From NCBI GenBank assembly GCA_040768165.1, contig JAXGNH010000005.1:30057-94056 (forward strand): a DNA stretch of 64,000 nt, written 5' to 3'. The notes beneath the pieces were generated by a model that saw only the letters and a list, made by a program, of their open reading frames with translations, made no database searches and was not told the origin of the DNA. Positions within the stretch are counted from its first letter, which is position 1. Every line of letters begins with the position of its first letter. The DNA is from Anaerolineae bacterium (GTDB lineage: Bacteria > Chloroflexota > Anaerolineae > UBA1429). Below, piece by piece: positions 1 through 12,399 of this stretch. A program made the translations under genes and the position numbers.

Positions 1-55
1 CCTGCTGGCGGGCAAGTCGCTGCGCGAGGTGTACGACACGTACGGGGTATTGTAG
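1..55 (+). CDS. 3' end of a gene entering the window (LLAGKSLREVYDTYGVL*), possibly RraA/HMG-aldolase family
   Basis: Open frame from base 2 to TAG at 53-55 with coding-like GC3. Only 17 codons are visible, so the family guess is weak. Confidence 0.35.
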   Translation, partial: LLAGKSLREVYDTYGVL

Positions 56-100
56 CGTCGCAGGCGTGGACCGCCATGGCCCCGCCCTTGGGCGCTCCAC

Positions 101-1831
101 TCAAGGCCCCAAGACAATCACCGCCTCGGGCGGCAGGTCCACACGCGTTTCGTGCACGGCAAGAGGCGCGTCCGAGGCGAGGAGTACGCGGCGCGGCCGG
201 TGGGTTGGCAGGGGAACGCTGACCCGCCGCGCCGCCAGGTTGCAGGCCACCGTGATGCTTCCCCGCGTGAACGCCAGCCACCGCTCCGCCTGGTCGTACC
301 AGGCGCGCACGGCGTCGCGGCGACCGGTGGCCAGGTCGGGGTGCGTCCGCCGCAGGCCGATCAAGCGGCGATACCAGTCCAGGATGGAGGCGTGGGGCCC
401 GCGCTCGATCTCGTCCCAGTCCAGTGTGGAGCGCCGGAACGTCTCCGGGGCCTGGGGATCGGGGATCTCCTCGGGGTCCCAGCCAAAGGCGGCGAACTCG
501 CCTCGCCTACCCGCGCGCACGGTATCGGCCAATGCGGGGTCCTGATAGTCGGTAAAGAACTGGAACGGCGCCCCGGCCCCCCACTCCTCCCCCTGGAAGA
601 GCAGCGGCGTCGTGGGCGCCGTCAGCGCCAGGGCGGCGCTCACCCGCAGCAAGCGCTCGCTCACCAGGTGACCGATACGCTCCCCCCGTGCCCGGTTCCC
701 GATCTGGTCGTGGTTCTGCAGGCAGGTGACAAAGCGGTCGGCGGGCAGGTCTCCCACCGGCCGTCCGTGGCGGCGCTGCCGGAAGGGCGAATAGCGGCCG
801 TCGTAGACGAACACGTCCGTCAACGCCTTGGCCAGATGCTCCAGGCGACCGAAATCGCGATAGTAGCCGTCACGCTCCCCCGTCAGCACGGTGTGGATGG
901 CGTGGTGGAGGTCGTCGCTCCACTGCGCATCCAGGCCGTACCCCCCGCGCTCCCATGAGGTCACCACCCGCGGGTCGTTGCGGTTGCTCTCGGCGATGAG
1001 AAACAGGTGTCGGCCCAGCCTCGCCGCGAGATCCCGGGTGGCTGCCGCCAGCTCCTCGAGGATGTGCACCGCCGAGGTGTCGACGATGGCGTGGACGGCG
1101 TCCAGCCGCAGGCCGTCGATGTGATACTCGCGCAGCCACATGAGGGCGTTGTCGACGATAAAGGCGCGCACGCCGTCGCTGTGGGGGCCGTCGAGGTTCA
1201 GCGCCGGACCCCAGGCGGTAGCATATCCCTCGGAAAAGTAGGGGCCAAAGCGTCCCAGGTAGGCGCCCTCCGGCCCCAGGTGGTTATAGACCACGTCGAG
1301 GATGACGGCCAGTCCCTCGCGGTGGCAGGCATCCACCAGCCGCTTTAGGCCGTCGGGACCACCGTAAGCCTCGTGGGGCGCGTACAGGTCGACGCCGTCA
1401 TAGCCCCAGCCGCGGGCGCCCGCGAAGGCGTTCACGGGCATCAGCTCGACGTGCGACACGCCCAGGTCGCGCAGGTGGCCGAGTTTGCCGATGACGGCAT
1501 CGAAGGTGCCCTCGGGCGTGAACGTCCCCACGTGCAACTCATAGATCAACGCCGAGGAGAGGGGCGGCGCCTGCCAACGCGCATCGGTCCACGAGAAAGC
1601 TCCGTGGTCGACGCACCGCGACGGTCCGTGCACGCCGTGGGGCTGCCACGGCGAGCGGGGATCGGGCAGGGGATCGCCGCCGTCGACGCGAAAGGCATAG
1701 TCGCTCCCCGAGCCGGCCTCCGCCTCCACGGACCACCATCCATCCTCGTCTCTCGCCATGGCCAGCCTGCGATCCCCAAGTTGCAGCTCCACCCGCTCCG
1801 CCAGCGGCGCCCAGACGGTGAACACGTTCAT
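101..1831 (-). CDS. treZ: Malto-oligosyltrehalose trehalohydrolase (GH13)
   Basis: Motifs DPRSPWQPHGVHGPS, YELHVGTFT, WGYDGV, DVVYNHLGP, GLRLDAVHAI, QNHDQIGNR, FQGEEW; 4-bp overlap with treY. Confidence 0.96.
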   Translation of the reverse strand: MNVFTVWAPLAERVELQLGDRRLAMARDEDGWWSVEAEAGSGSDYAFRVDGGDPLPDPRSPWQPHGVHGPSRCVDHGAFSWTDARWQAPPLSSALIYELHVGTFTPEGTFDAVIGKLGHLRDLGVSHVELMPVNAFAGARGWGYDGVDLYAPHEAYGGPDGLKRLVDACHREGLAVILDVVYNHLGPEGAYLGRFGPYFSEGYATAWGPALNLDGPHSDGVRAFIVDNALMWLREYHIDGLRLDAVHAIVDTSAVHILEELAAATRDLAARLGRHLFLIAESNRNDPRVVTSWERGGYGLDAQWSDDLHHAIHTVLTGERDGYYRDFGRLEHLAKALTDVFVYDGRYSPFRQRRHGRPVGDLPADRFVTCLQNHDQIGNRARGERIGHLVSERLLRVSAALALTAPTTPLLFQGEEWGAGAPFQFFTDYQDPALADTVRAGRRGEFAAFGWDPEEIPDPQAPETFRRSTLDWDEIERGPHASILDWYRRLIGLRRTHPDLATGRRDAVRAWYDQAERWLAFTRGSITVACNLAARRVSVPLPTHRPRRVLLASDAPLAVHETRVDLPPEAVIVLGP

Positions 1832-4528
1832 ACCGCCTCCTCCCCTCCGGCTGCGGCGGCGTCATCCAGGCGCGTGAGCAACGCCACCGGAAACCGACGC
1901 AGGACCTCCTCGAGGCGTACCGCACCCGACGCCTCCTCGCCGGTGAAGGCATTCGCCCAGCGACCGGGGGGTAGCTCCAGCGCCGTATCGCCCCAGCGCC
2001 CCGCCAGACCGATGACCAGGCGCGGCACGATGGCCACCACGCCATCGCCGCGGGCAAAGGCAACGACGTGCGCCGCGCGCTCGCCGTCCGCCGCCAGCTT
2101 GCGGTAGGCCCCCTCGGCCCCAAAGCACTCGGGGTGGAGGCGCCGGACCTGCAGCGCCCGGCGAATGACCAGCATCTTGGGAAAGCCCTCGTCGCTACGG
2201 GCGAGCGCATCTTCCAGCGACATGCGCTCCAGCTCTTCCAGCATGGCGCGCCGCCGATCATAGTCCACCGGCCGCCGGTTGTCGGGGTCCACCAGGCTCA
2301 GGTCCCATAACTCCGTCCCCTGATAGAGGTCCGGAACCCCCGGGGCAACATGTTTGATGAGGGTCTGCGCTAGCCCGTTCATCCGGGCGGGCTCGATGAG
2401 GGGGGCCAGGAACGCCTCGAGGTCCGCCACAAAGGCGCCGTTCTGCAGCACACGGTTGATCCAGGCCGCCAGCGCCTCCTCATAGGCGGGGTTCGGGCGC
2501 GTCCAGGCGGTGTGCTGCTTGGCCTCGCGAGCCGCCTTGAGCGCATACGCCTGCAGCCGCTCCTCGTCGATTGGCCAGGCGCCCACCAGCGTCTGGTACA
2601 ACAGGTACTCGGTGTTGCGATCGGGCATCCCGTCGCGGCGGAAGGGATCGTTCATCTCGAACCACCGCCACACCGCCTCGCGCCACCGCCCGGGGATCTC
2701 GGACAGGAGGTTGATGCGCGCGCGCACGTCCTCGCCGCGCTTGGTGTCATGGGTGGAGGTGGTTAGCAACGTCTCCGGCCACCGCTCCTGAAGGCGCCGG
2801 CAGAAGCCGTGAAACGCCTCCGGCGACACACCAAAGCGCTCGGGGTCGCCGCCCACCTCGTTGAGCGACACGAGTCGGTGGAAGACATAGTAGGCGGTGT
2901 CCTCCACCCCCTTGGCCATGGCGGCCGAGGTCAACTGCTGAAACCGCATGGTGAACTCGGTCTCGTTGGCGTCGTCGCCCTCCAGCAGCACCTGTCTCAG
3001 GAACTCCCAGAGGCGCTCGTCCAGGTTGGGTCGGCGGCGCCGCGCCTCAGCCAGTGCCCCCTCGATGACGGCCGTGTCCGCCTCGTTCGCTCCCGTGACG
3101 GCGGCCGCCACGCCGCGGGCTCCCGTCTCCCCCCGCACGTAGGTGCGGTACACCGGCAGTGCGGCGATCAGCTCGATGAGCGCCGCGCGGGCCTCTTGCC
3201 GGCTCACGTCGCGATAGCGGCGCCGGCGCCGCGACGCGGCCATCAGGCGGGCGACCAGCTGATCGAGTTCGCCGCCAAAGCTGCCGACAATCACGTCTAC
3301 CTTGCAGCGATGCACGATCTCGCGATAGGGCACCTTCTCGCCGGTGAACTCGCGGTAGAGGGCGGTGAGCGGGCGCTCACCGTTGGGATCGACGAACAGG
3401 CCCGCCACCTCGTTCAGGAAATCATAGCCCGTCGTCCCCTGCACCGGCCACGCCTCGGGCAGCTCCTCGCCCTCCTCGAGGATCTTTTCCACCACGATCC
3501 AGGCGTCGCCCGCGCCGTGGCGCAGGCGCTGGAGATAAGTCAGGGGATCGCGCAGGCCGTCCACGTGGTCCACGCGCAGCGCGTCGATGTCGCCATGTCT
3601 GAGCCAACGCAACACGAGGCGGTGCGTGTGGTCGAACACCGCCCGCTCCTCGACGCGGATGCCCACCAGCGTCTCGATGGTGAAAAAGCGCCGGTAGTTG
3701 ATCTCGCGATCGGCCAGCCGCCAGTAGGCCAGGCGATAGTGCTGGCGCTGGAGGAGCGCATCCATCCACTCGGCGTTTCGCTCCACCTCGGCCAGGATGT
3801 CGTCCACCGCCGCCGCCAGGTCAGCGTCCTCTTCCAGCAGCCGGCCGAGCTGCGTCTCCAGCACGCCCACATCGCGTTGGCGCGCGGCGACGCGGTCGCC
3901 GTCGGGCTCGGAGGGGAGTTCATCAAACGCGCGCGCGAAAAAGGCGAGGGTACCGGATCGGGCGCGGGTCGCCGCCTCGTCGAGCAGCGGCGCCAGAGAC
4001 TCGGGCGCAACAGGAAAGGCGTGGTCCTCATAGTGCAGCGTCACGGCCGCCCCCTCACGCCGCAGCGAGAACCCGCCACCCTCCAGGATGTCGCCATAGT
4101 GGCCACCCAGGACGGGCACGAGCACCTTGTGCCACAGCTTGGGCTCCGGGGGCTCCCAATCGATGTCAAAGAAGCTGCCCGAGCGGCTGACGCGACCGTT
4201 CTTGAGCACGTCGGCCCACAGCACGTTGCGCTGCGGGTCGGCGGCCATGTGATTGGGCACGATGTCGAGCACTTGCGCCAGCCCTTGAGCACGCAAGGCG
4301 CGGTTCATGCGCCGCCGCGCCGCGTCGCCGCCCCGATCCACGCTCACCTGCGAGTGCGCCGTGATGTCATACCCGTGGGTGCTCCCCTCGGTGGCCAGCA
4401 GATAAGGGGAGGCATAGAGGTGGCTGACCCCCAGCGCCGCGACATAGTCCGCGATGGCGGCCGCCCGGTCAAAGCCGAAATCCGCCGATAGCTGGACGCG
4501 ATAGGTGGCCAGCGGCGCGCGGGATGCA

Positions 4529-4539
<11 letters not shown>
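1828..4539 (-). CDS. treY: Malto-oligosyltrehalose synthase
   Basis: ATYRVQL, GSTHGYD, DIVPNHM, INYRRFF, LRVDHVDGL, VEKIL, STHDTKRGED, SLVDPDNRRPVDY. Confidence 0.96.
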
Positions 4540-6649
<2,110 letters not shown>

Positions 6650-6912
6650 GGCGCTATCGATCCTTCCCGTCGCGGTCGCGCCGCTCACGGCGGGGCGGCG
6701 ACGCGCTAACAACCCTCGATCCGGCGTAGGAAGGGCGGAAGAGCCACGAACGAGATGACGACGGAAAGCCATAGATGCCATGACAGGCGACCAGGGCGGG
6801 TGGGTGGCGTGCGAGGCGGAGGCTTGGGGGCTGTGGCCCGGAGCGAGGCGACGATTGGTAATCGGATGCCGCTGGCACGAAGCAACGTGCGGGCATCACT
6901 CAACCTATTATG

Positions 6913-6941
6913 ATGGTACCGTGCGGCTCGCGCGACGTCAA
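6913..6941 (-). promoter_or_regulatory. Putative sigma70 promoter for the glgX-treY-treZ operon
   Basis: TTGACG-17 bp-TACCAT on the minus strand. Confidence 0.55.
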
Positions 6942-6968
6942 TAGACTCGCGCGGCGCGGCCGCGGTCC

Positions 6969-7097
6969 CCCACCCGCGGCCCAGGCCGGCGGCTGGGCGG
7001 ACGAGCGCGCCGAGGCGCGCTGAGGGGGACGCGCCAGCAGGGCAAGCCCGCCGAGGCGGGCTTCTGCGGGTCCAGACGGGCCGTTTACGGCTCGGCG
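6969..7097. repeat. ~130-bp multi-hairpin dispersed element (REPIN-like); inverted copy at 18676-18797
   Basis: Shares CCCACCCGCGGCC-AGGCCGGCGGCTGGG...AGCGCGCCGAGGCGCGCT...AGCCCGCCnnGGCGGGCTT...CAGACGGGCCGTTTACGGCTCGGCG with the reverse complement of 18676-18797. Confidence 0.85.
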
Positions 7098-7270
7098 ACG
7101 CGGCGCGCCAAGATGTCGGAACGCATACACCTCTGCCTGTGGGCGTGCGGTGTAGCGCCCTAGTTGCTAGGCGCAATCGGCTGTGGTAAAAGTCCCCAAT
7201 CTACATACGCCTCGCTGACCGCTGCCGCAACGTACACGCGCCGCACTCACACCATGGAGTCAATACCCCT

Positions 7271-8893
7271 ATGCGAACCCGCACCGCCTTGGCAGCTTCT
7301 ATCCTTCTCGTGGTGCTCGTCGCGTCGACGCCCGCAGCCGCCGGGGAGAACGTCTGGACCTTTACCGGCTTTCTGGGCGGAGACGTCATGGCGGTCGCCG
7401 TGCATCCTGATGACCCGGATTACCTCCTCGCGGGAGTCTCGTCGCATGGCATCTACTACAGCTTGGATGGGGGCACTACCTGGACCGAGGGTGGACTCGA
7501 TCGCTCCATCGGCGGCTATGTCAGCGACATCGAGATGTCCTCGTCGGCTGCGGGTACCGCCTATGCCACGGACTGTGCGACGGTGCGGCGCACCGACGAC
7601 AAGGGAGTCGGGTGGCGCACCATCCTCGACAACACCATCGAGGGCAGCCCCTGCTTCTGGGACGTGGCGATCAATCCGGTGGATCCCCAGCACGTGCTCG
7701 TGACGGGCTGGAACGCGCAGGGCGCGTGGCAGTCGCGCGATGGTGGAGGCTCCTGGGAGCATATCGATGTCCCCGAGGCCATGTCGTCGGTCGCGTTTGC
7801 CCCCAGTGCGCCACACATCGCCTACATGGCCGGCCAAGCGATCTATCGCAGCCAGGATGGGGGGCAGACCTGGACCTACGCGCAGGGCGGCTTCTTTGGG
7901 AGTCCCGGCGGCATCTGGAGCCTGGCGGTGGACGCCTATGCGGCGAACACGGTGTTTGCCGCGAACAGGGGCGCGCTGTACAAGACGGAGGACGGAGGGG
8001 GATCCTGGCGGCCCATCAGCGCCGGCCTCGGAAGCACCCACATGTACGAGGTGCTGATCGACCCCACCGACCAGCATCGCATTTGGGTCCCCTCGTACGA
8101 CCCGCCGGGCGTATACCGGAGCATCGATGCCAGCGGTGAGGCGTTCGAGCTAATCAATGCCGGCATGGAGGGCCGCAAGGTCCTCGACCTGGCGCTCGCC
8201 AACACCAGCCCGCTGCGCGTACATGCCGGCACCCAGGGCAGTGGGGTATGGGCGTTCACGGACATGGGCGCTGCGCGCGTCGGAGTGACCATCAACGAGG
8301 GCGCACTGTTCACGAACCAGCCCCAGGTCACGCTCTCGTTCAGCGCACCGTATGGCGCTACCGCGATGATGGTGTCCAACGACGGAGGCTTTGCCGATGC
8401 GGCCTGGGAGCCGGTGGCGGCCACGAAGGACTGGCAGCTCTCCACGTATGGCGCCGCAGTCATCCCTCGCACCGTCTATGTGCGCTACCGCGTGTCCGGA
8501 GGTGAGTCGCCCAACTATATGGACGACATCATCCTGGACACCGCGGCGCCCACCGGCTCTGTGAGCATCGTTGCGCCCGAGGCCATGGCGGCAGCCCAAG
8601 GCCTCGGGCCGAAACAGGTCGCCGAGGGCGCGTTCTCTCTGGCGATGCCGCTCAGCCTCCGGCTCCACCGCCTCGGGTATCAGCGGGTAACGCTGGAACT
8701 CGAAGCATCCGATGATGTCAGTGGGGTTGCGCAGATGCGCGTGGGCGATGACGCCACGTTCGCCGATGCGTCGTGGGTGCCATACGGCGCATCGCACGCC
8801 ACCTGGGCTCGCTCCACGGGAGGTGTGACGGTGTACGCTCAGTTCCGGGATCGAGCCGGCAACGCGTCGGAGGTGTACAGCGCGACGAACTGA
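7271..8893 (+). CDS. Secreted BNR/Asp-box beta-propeller protein with C-terminal Ig-like domains
   Basis: Signal peptide ending AAA-G; repeated Asp-boxes SLDGGTTW, SRDGGGSW, SQDGGQTW, TEDGGGSW; C-terminal INEGALFTN...V.L and D.AGN-type modules. Confidence 0.8.
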   Translation: MRTRTALAASILLVVLVASTPAAAGENVWTFTGFLGGDVMAVAVHPDDPDYLLAGVSSHGIYYSLDGGTTWTEGGLDRSIGGYVSDIEMSSSAAGTAYATDCATVRRTDDKGVGWRTILDNTIEGSPCFWDVAINPVDPQHVLVTGWNAQGAWQSRDGGGSWEHIDVPEAMSSVAFAPSAPHIAYMAGQAIYRSQDGGQTWTYAQGGFFGSPGGIWSLAVDAYAANTVFAANRGALYKTEDGGGSWRPISAGLGSTHMYEVLIDPTDQHRIWVPSYDPPGVYRSIDASGEAFELINAGMEGRKVLDLALANTSPLRVHAGTQGSGVWAFTDMGAARVGVTINEGALFTNQPQVTLSFSAPYGATAMMVSNDGGFADAAWEPVAATKDWQLSTYGAAVIPRTVYVRYRVSGGESPNYMDDIILDTAAPTGSVSIVAPEAMAAAQGLGPKQVAEGAFSLAMPLSLRLHRLGYQRVTLELEASDDVSGVAQMRVGDDATFADASWVPYGASHATWARSTGGVTVYAQFRDRAGNASEVYSATN

Positions 8894-8980
8894 ACACCTT
8901 GCCAATGCACGCTCGCGGTCCTAGCGCACGGCCACACTAGACGGGCGCGTGCGCGATGCGCTTCGGCCTTTCTGATTACT

Positions 8981-8993
8981 CAACCAGTGTTCG
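8981..8993 (+). promoter_or_regulatory. Possible LexA/SOS box (one mismatch to GAAC-N4-GTTC)
   Basis: CAAC-CAGT-GTTCG about 25 bp upstream of a DNA-repair gene. Confidence 0.3.
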
Positions 8994-9017
8994 AGTAGCA
9001 CGTAGGAGGGATGAGTG

Positions 9018-9839
9018 ATGATCGAGCTACCAGAGGCCACGGTAATCGCGGGACAGATCGCGGCGACCCTCGCGGGCAGGCGCATCGCCAGCGCCGTCGC
9101 GAACCAGTCGCCGCACAAGTTCGCCTGGTACACCGGCGACCCGGCCGAGTACGACGACCGCCTCGCCGGCAAGGTGATCGGCGCAGCGGCAGGCAGCGGG
9201 GGCAGCATCGACATCGAGGCGGGAGACATGATGATCTCCATCAGCGCCCCCATCCGCTACCACGCCCAGGGGGAAAAGCGCCCCAAAAAGCACCAGTTGC
9301 TCATCGAGTTCGACGATGGGACGGCCATCAGTTCCAGCGCCCAGATGTGGGGCGGCTTCCTCTGCTTCCCCATCGGCGACAAGGCCGGCTTTCCCGACTG
9401 GGATATCTCCCGAGAGCGCCCCTCGCCCCTCAGCGGCGCCTTTGACCGCGCCTACTTTCAGACGCTGTTCAACGACGACACGCCCAAGCTGTCGGCCAAG
9501 GCCTTCCTGGCCACGGAGCAGCGCATCCCCGGCCTGGGCAACGGCGTGCTGCAGGACATCCTCTGGACGGCGCGCATCCACCCCAAGCAAAAGATGGCCG
9601 ACCTCGACGAGGCGGCGGTGGGCGCCATGTTCGCCGCGGTAAAGGGCGTGCTGGCCGACATGACCGCCAGGGGCGGCCGCGACACCGAGCGCGACCTGTT
9701 CGGCAACCCGGGCGGCTACACCACCATCCTGAGCCGGAACACGGTGGACACCGCCTGCCCCGCTTGCGGCGAGATCATCCGCAAGGAGCCGTACCTCGGC
9801 GGCGCCATCTACTACTGCCCGGGGTGCCAACAGGTGTAG
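9018..9839 (+). CDS. Fpg/Nei (endonuclease VIII-like) DNA glycosylase family protein
   Basis: MIELPEA N-terminus, H2TH motif IPGLGNGVLQDIL, C-terminal zinc finger CPAC...YYCPGCQ; AGGAGG RBS. Confidence 0.85.
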   Translation: MIELPEATVIAGQIAATLAGRRIASAVANQSPHKFAWYTGDPAEYDDRLAGKVIGAAAGSGGSIDIEAGDMMISISAPIRYHAQGEKRPKKHQLLIEFDDGTAISSSAQMWGGFLCFPIGDKAGFPDWDISRERPSPLSGAFDRAYFQTLFNDDTPKLSAKAFLATEQRIPGLGNGVLQDILWTARIHPKQKMADLDEAAVGAMFAAVKGVLADMTARGGRDTERDLFGNPGGYTTILSRNTVDTACPACGEIIRKEPYLGGAIYYCPGCQQV

Positions 9840-9872
9840 CGCTCGCGGATGCGCGATGCCGGGCGGTGTAGA

Positions 9873-10104
9873 GTAGTGGCGCGTTCAGTCGGCCTTGCTT
9901 CTTTCGAGGGGAGGAACGAATGAATTCGTCACTACATAGTGATCATCGTCGAGAAGCGTCGCGCAAGCTCCATTGGTTCCTGTATCTGCTGGATCGATGA
10001 GCGACCGAATCATTACTATGGCTTGTGGCGAGTAGAACTATGTAGTGACGAATTCATTCGTTTCTGCTCCTATCGCAGGGACGAACGGATGGATTCGTCA
10101 CTAC
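9873..10104. repeat. Cluster of GTAG-REP family 1 palindromes (GTAGTGACGAATTCATTCGTT) between convergent genes
   Basis: Copies at 9915-9935 (-), 10042-10062 (+), 10084-10104 (-, variant) and a degenerate one at 9873-9893. Confidence 0.85.
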
Positions 10105-10124
10105 CTTTCCAGTCGGCTCTCGCG

Positions 10125-11186
10125 CTAGGGGGTGATCAACGTCTTGAGCGAGGCCTGCGTGTCCAGCGCCTCCGCCTCTTTGGCAAACACATCGCCGAGT
10201 TGGTCCAGCGTGTAGCGGTCCGAGTTGCGCAGGATGATGTCCAGGTCGAACACGCCGCGTTGCACCGCCCGGTAGGCCTCGCGGGCGTGCTCCACCGAGC
10301 GCAGCTTGGTGTAGTGCATGGCATTGAGGTTGCGCACCGTAAGGCCGTCCTCGTGGAAGCGGTGGAAGGTAAAGTCGTTCACCGGCGCATAGTTGTCGCC
10401 ATAGATCGAGATGGTGCCGTTGTGGGCCACCATCCCCAGGGCCTGCTTGATGCCGATCCCCGTGCCGCCGATGGCGTCCACCGCCACATCCACCCCCTCG
10501 CCGCGCGTCAGGTCGTCCACCGCGGCGACGGGATCACCCTCGAGAGCGTTGATGACCACGTCGGCGCCCAGCTCCTTGGCGATGGCCAGCTTGGCATCGA
10601 CCACGTCCACGGCGATGACCAGGCTGGCGCCCGACTTGATCGCGGCCTGGAGCAGGATGTTGCCCGCAAAGCCAGCGCCGTTGATGGCCACCGTGTCACC
10701 GAGCTGCACGCCCATGTGGCGCCCGGCCCAGGCGGCGCACGAGAGCGCCTCGTACAGGCAGCCGACCTCGAACGGCACCCCCTCGGGGATCGGCTGTACG
10801 TCGGCCACGTCGCACACCCAGTAGTCGGTGTAGGTGGGATAGACGAGGCTCCCCACCCGGTCGCCGACGGAGACCTTGCCGCCGCCCAGGTATTCCTTCA
10901 CCGCCGAGCCCACCTCCAGGATGGTGCCGCCCCCCTCGTGGCCCAGCGGCCCCATGGGATAGGCGTGGTCGGGGCCGTGCCCCTCCTCGTGGTGGGTGTG
11001 GCTCAGGCTGTGGGCGCGCGCCTCGTCCTGTGGGCGCACGGTGATCCCCCGGTAAAAGTAGCGCTCCGAGCCGCACACCGAGGCCTGGTGCGTCTTGACC
11101 AGCACGTCGTTGGGCCCCAGGGGCGGGAGCGTGACGGTCTCGGTGATGATGCGGCCGATATCGAGGTAGGTGACCCTCGTCTCCAT
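10125..11186 (-). CDS. Zinc-binding (MDR) dehydrogenase with His-rich insert
   Basis: VCGSE, LGHE, VGDRV, Rossmann motif GAGFAG; no structural-Zn cysteines. Confidence 0.85.
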   Translation of the reverse strand: METRVTYLDIGRIITETVTLPPLGPNDVLVKTHQASVCGSERYFYRGITVRPQDEARAHSLSHTHHEEGHGPDHAYPMGPLGHEGGGTILEVGSAVKEYLGGGKVSVGDRVGSLVYPTYTDYWVCDVADVQPIPEGVPFEVGCLYEALSCAAWAGRHMGVQLGDTVAINGAGFAGNILLQAAIKSGASLVIAVDVVDAKLAIAKELGADVVINALEGDPVAAVDDLTRGEGVDVAVDAIGGTGIGIKQALGMVAHNGTISIYGDNYAPVNDFTFHRFHEDGLTVRNLNAMHYTKLRSVEHAREAYRAVQRGVFDLDIILRNSDRYTLDQLGDVFAKEAEALDTQASLKTLITP

Positions 11187-11259
11187 GCTGTTCTCCTTTA
11201 GCGGTTGGTTGGGCAGTCAGCGCCGCCCACGGCCTCCATACCCCGGCCGATCCGGTCGA

Positions 11260-12237
11260 TCAGGCTTCGACCTCGCCCTCCAGGATGGCGCGCACCGCGC
11301 CGACCTCCTCGGCGCTCAGCGCCCACGACGCGGCGCGAGCGTTGGCCGCCATCTGCTCCGGGCTGCTGGCGCCCGCCAGCACCGTGGAGACGACCGGCTC
11401 CGCCAGTACCCAGGCGATGGCCAGGTCGGCCAGCGTGTGGCCGCGCTCCTGGGCCCAGGCCGTGAGGCGCGCGATGCGGCGATAGTTGGCGGGCGTGGCA
11501 TAGATGTCCAGGTAGCGCCGGGTGCGCTCGAACGCCGCGGCGCGGCTGTCGGGCGGCGGGGGGCTGTCGGGCCGATAGCGCCCCGCCAGCAGCCCGTTGG
11601 CGAGGACGAAATAGGCCAGCACGCCCACTCCCATGGCGCGACAGAAGGGGAGCAGCTCCACCTCCGGCTGGCGCTCGAGGAGGTTATAGTGCGCCTGGGT
11701 GGTGGCGAACGGCGCCCAGCCATAGCGTTCGGCGAGGTCGTTGCAGCGACAGATACGCCAGGCCGGGTACTGCGACGCCCCCACGTAGCGCACCTTGCCG
11801 GAGCGCACCATGTCGTCCAGGGCGCGCATCGTCTCCTCGTTGGGCGTGGTGGCGTCGGGCAGGTGGATCTGGTACAGGTCGACGTGGTCGGTGCGCAGCC
11901 GGCGCAGGCTCGCCTCCAGGGCGTTCATCAGGTTGTAGCGCGAGGCGCCCCAGGCGTTGGGCCCCTCGCCCAGCCGCTGGCTCCCTTTGGTGCCGAGCAC
12001 GATCCCCTCGCGCACACCCACCAGCGCCTCCCCCAGGAGTTCCTCCGCCAGCGGGCGGCCGTCGTACCAGGTACCATAGATATTGGCGGTGTCGAAATAG
12101 TTCACGCCGCCGTCCAGCGCCGCGGCCACGATGCGCTTGGCCGCCTCCCGGTCGACGCGCCCGCCCCACTGGCCGCCGGTGCCCAGGCTGACGGCCGAAA
12201 TCCGCACGCCGGTGCTGCCCAGTTGGCGATACTCCAT
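11260..12237 (-). CDS. Aldo/keto reductase
   Basis: Start MEYRQLGSTG (ATG 12237); FDTANIYG, SLRRLRTDHVDLYQIH, GKVRYVGAS. Confidence 0.92.
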   Translation of the reverse strand: MEYRQLGSTGVRISAVSLGTGGQWGGRVDREAAKRIVAAALDGGVNYFDTANIYGTWYDGRPLAEELLGEALVGVREGIVLGTKGSQRLGEGPNAWGASRYNLMNALEASLRRLRTDHVDLYQIHLPDATTPNEETMRALDDMVRSGKVRYVGASQYPAWRICRCNDLAERYGWAPFATTQAHYNLLERQPEVELLPFCRAMGVGVLAYFVLANGLLAGRYRPDSPPPPDSRAAAFERTRRYLDIYATPANYRRIARLTAWAQERGHTLADLAIAWVLAEPVVSTVLAGASSPEQMAANARAASWALSAEEVGAVRAILEGEVEA

Positions 12238-12399
12238 GATCCTCCCCTTCCCGCGGGCCGGCGCCGACCCACGCCCAGTCGCGTGTGATGATCGTGTTCG
12301 GAGGCCCTGATACGCACAACGCCGCAGGCAATGCCGCGGCGCTGTGCCGGAACGTCCTGGCATCGAGCGGCCGCGCGCGCCGCCCGAGCGGAACGAGCG

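Noticed and set aside
8909-9860. Direct repeats (GCTCGCGG, TGCGCGATGC) flanking the Fpg-like gene as a mobile cassette
   Set aside because: Short, GC-rich and unevenly spaced; compatible with chance
9939-10124. Start of a 420-aa plus-strand ORF
   Set aside because: Begins inside REP DNA and continues antisense to the dehydrogenase
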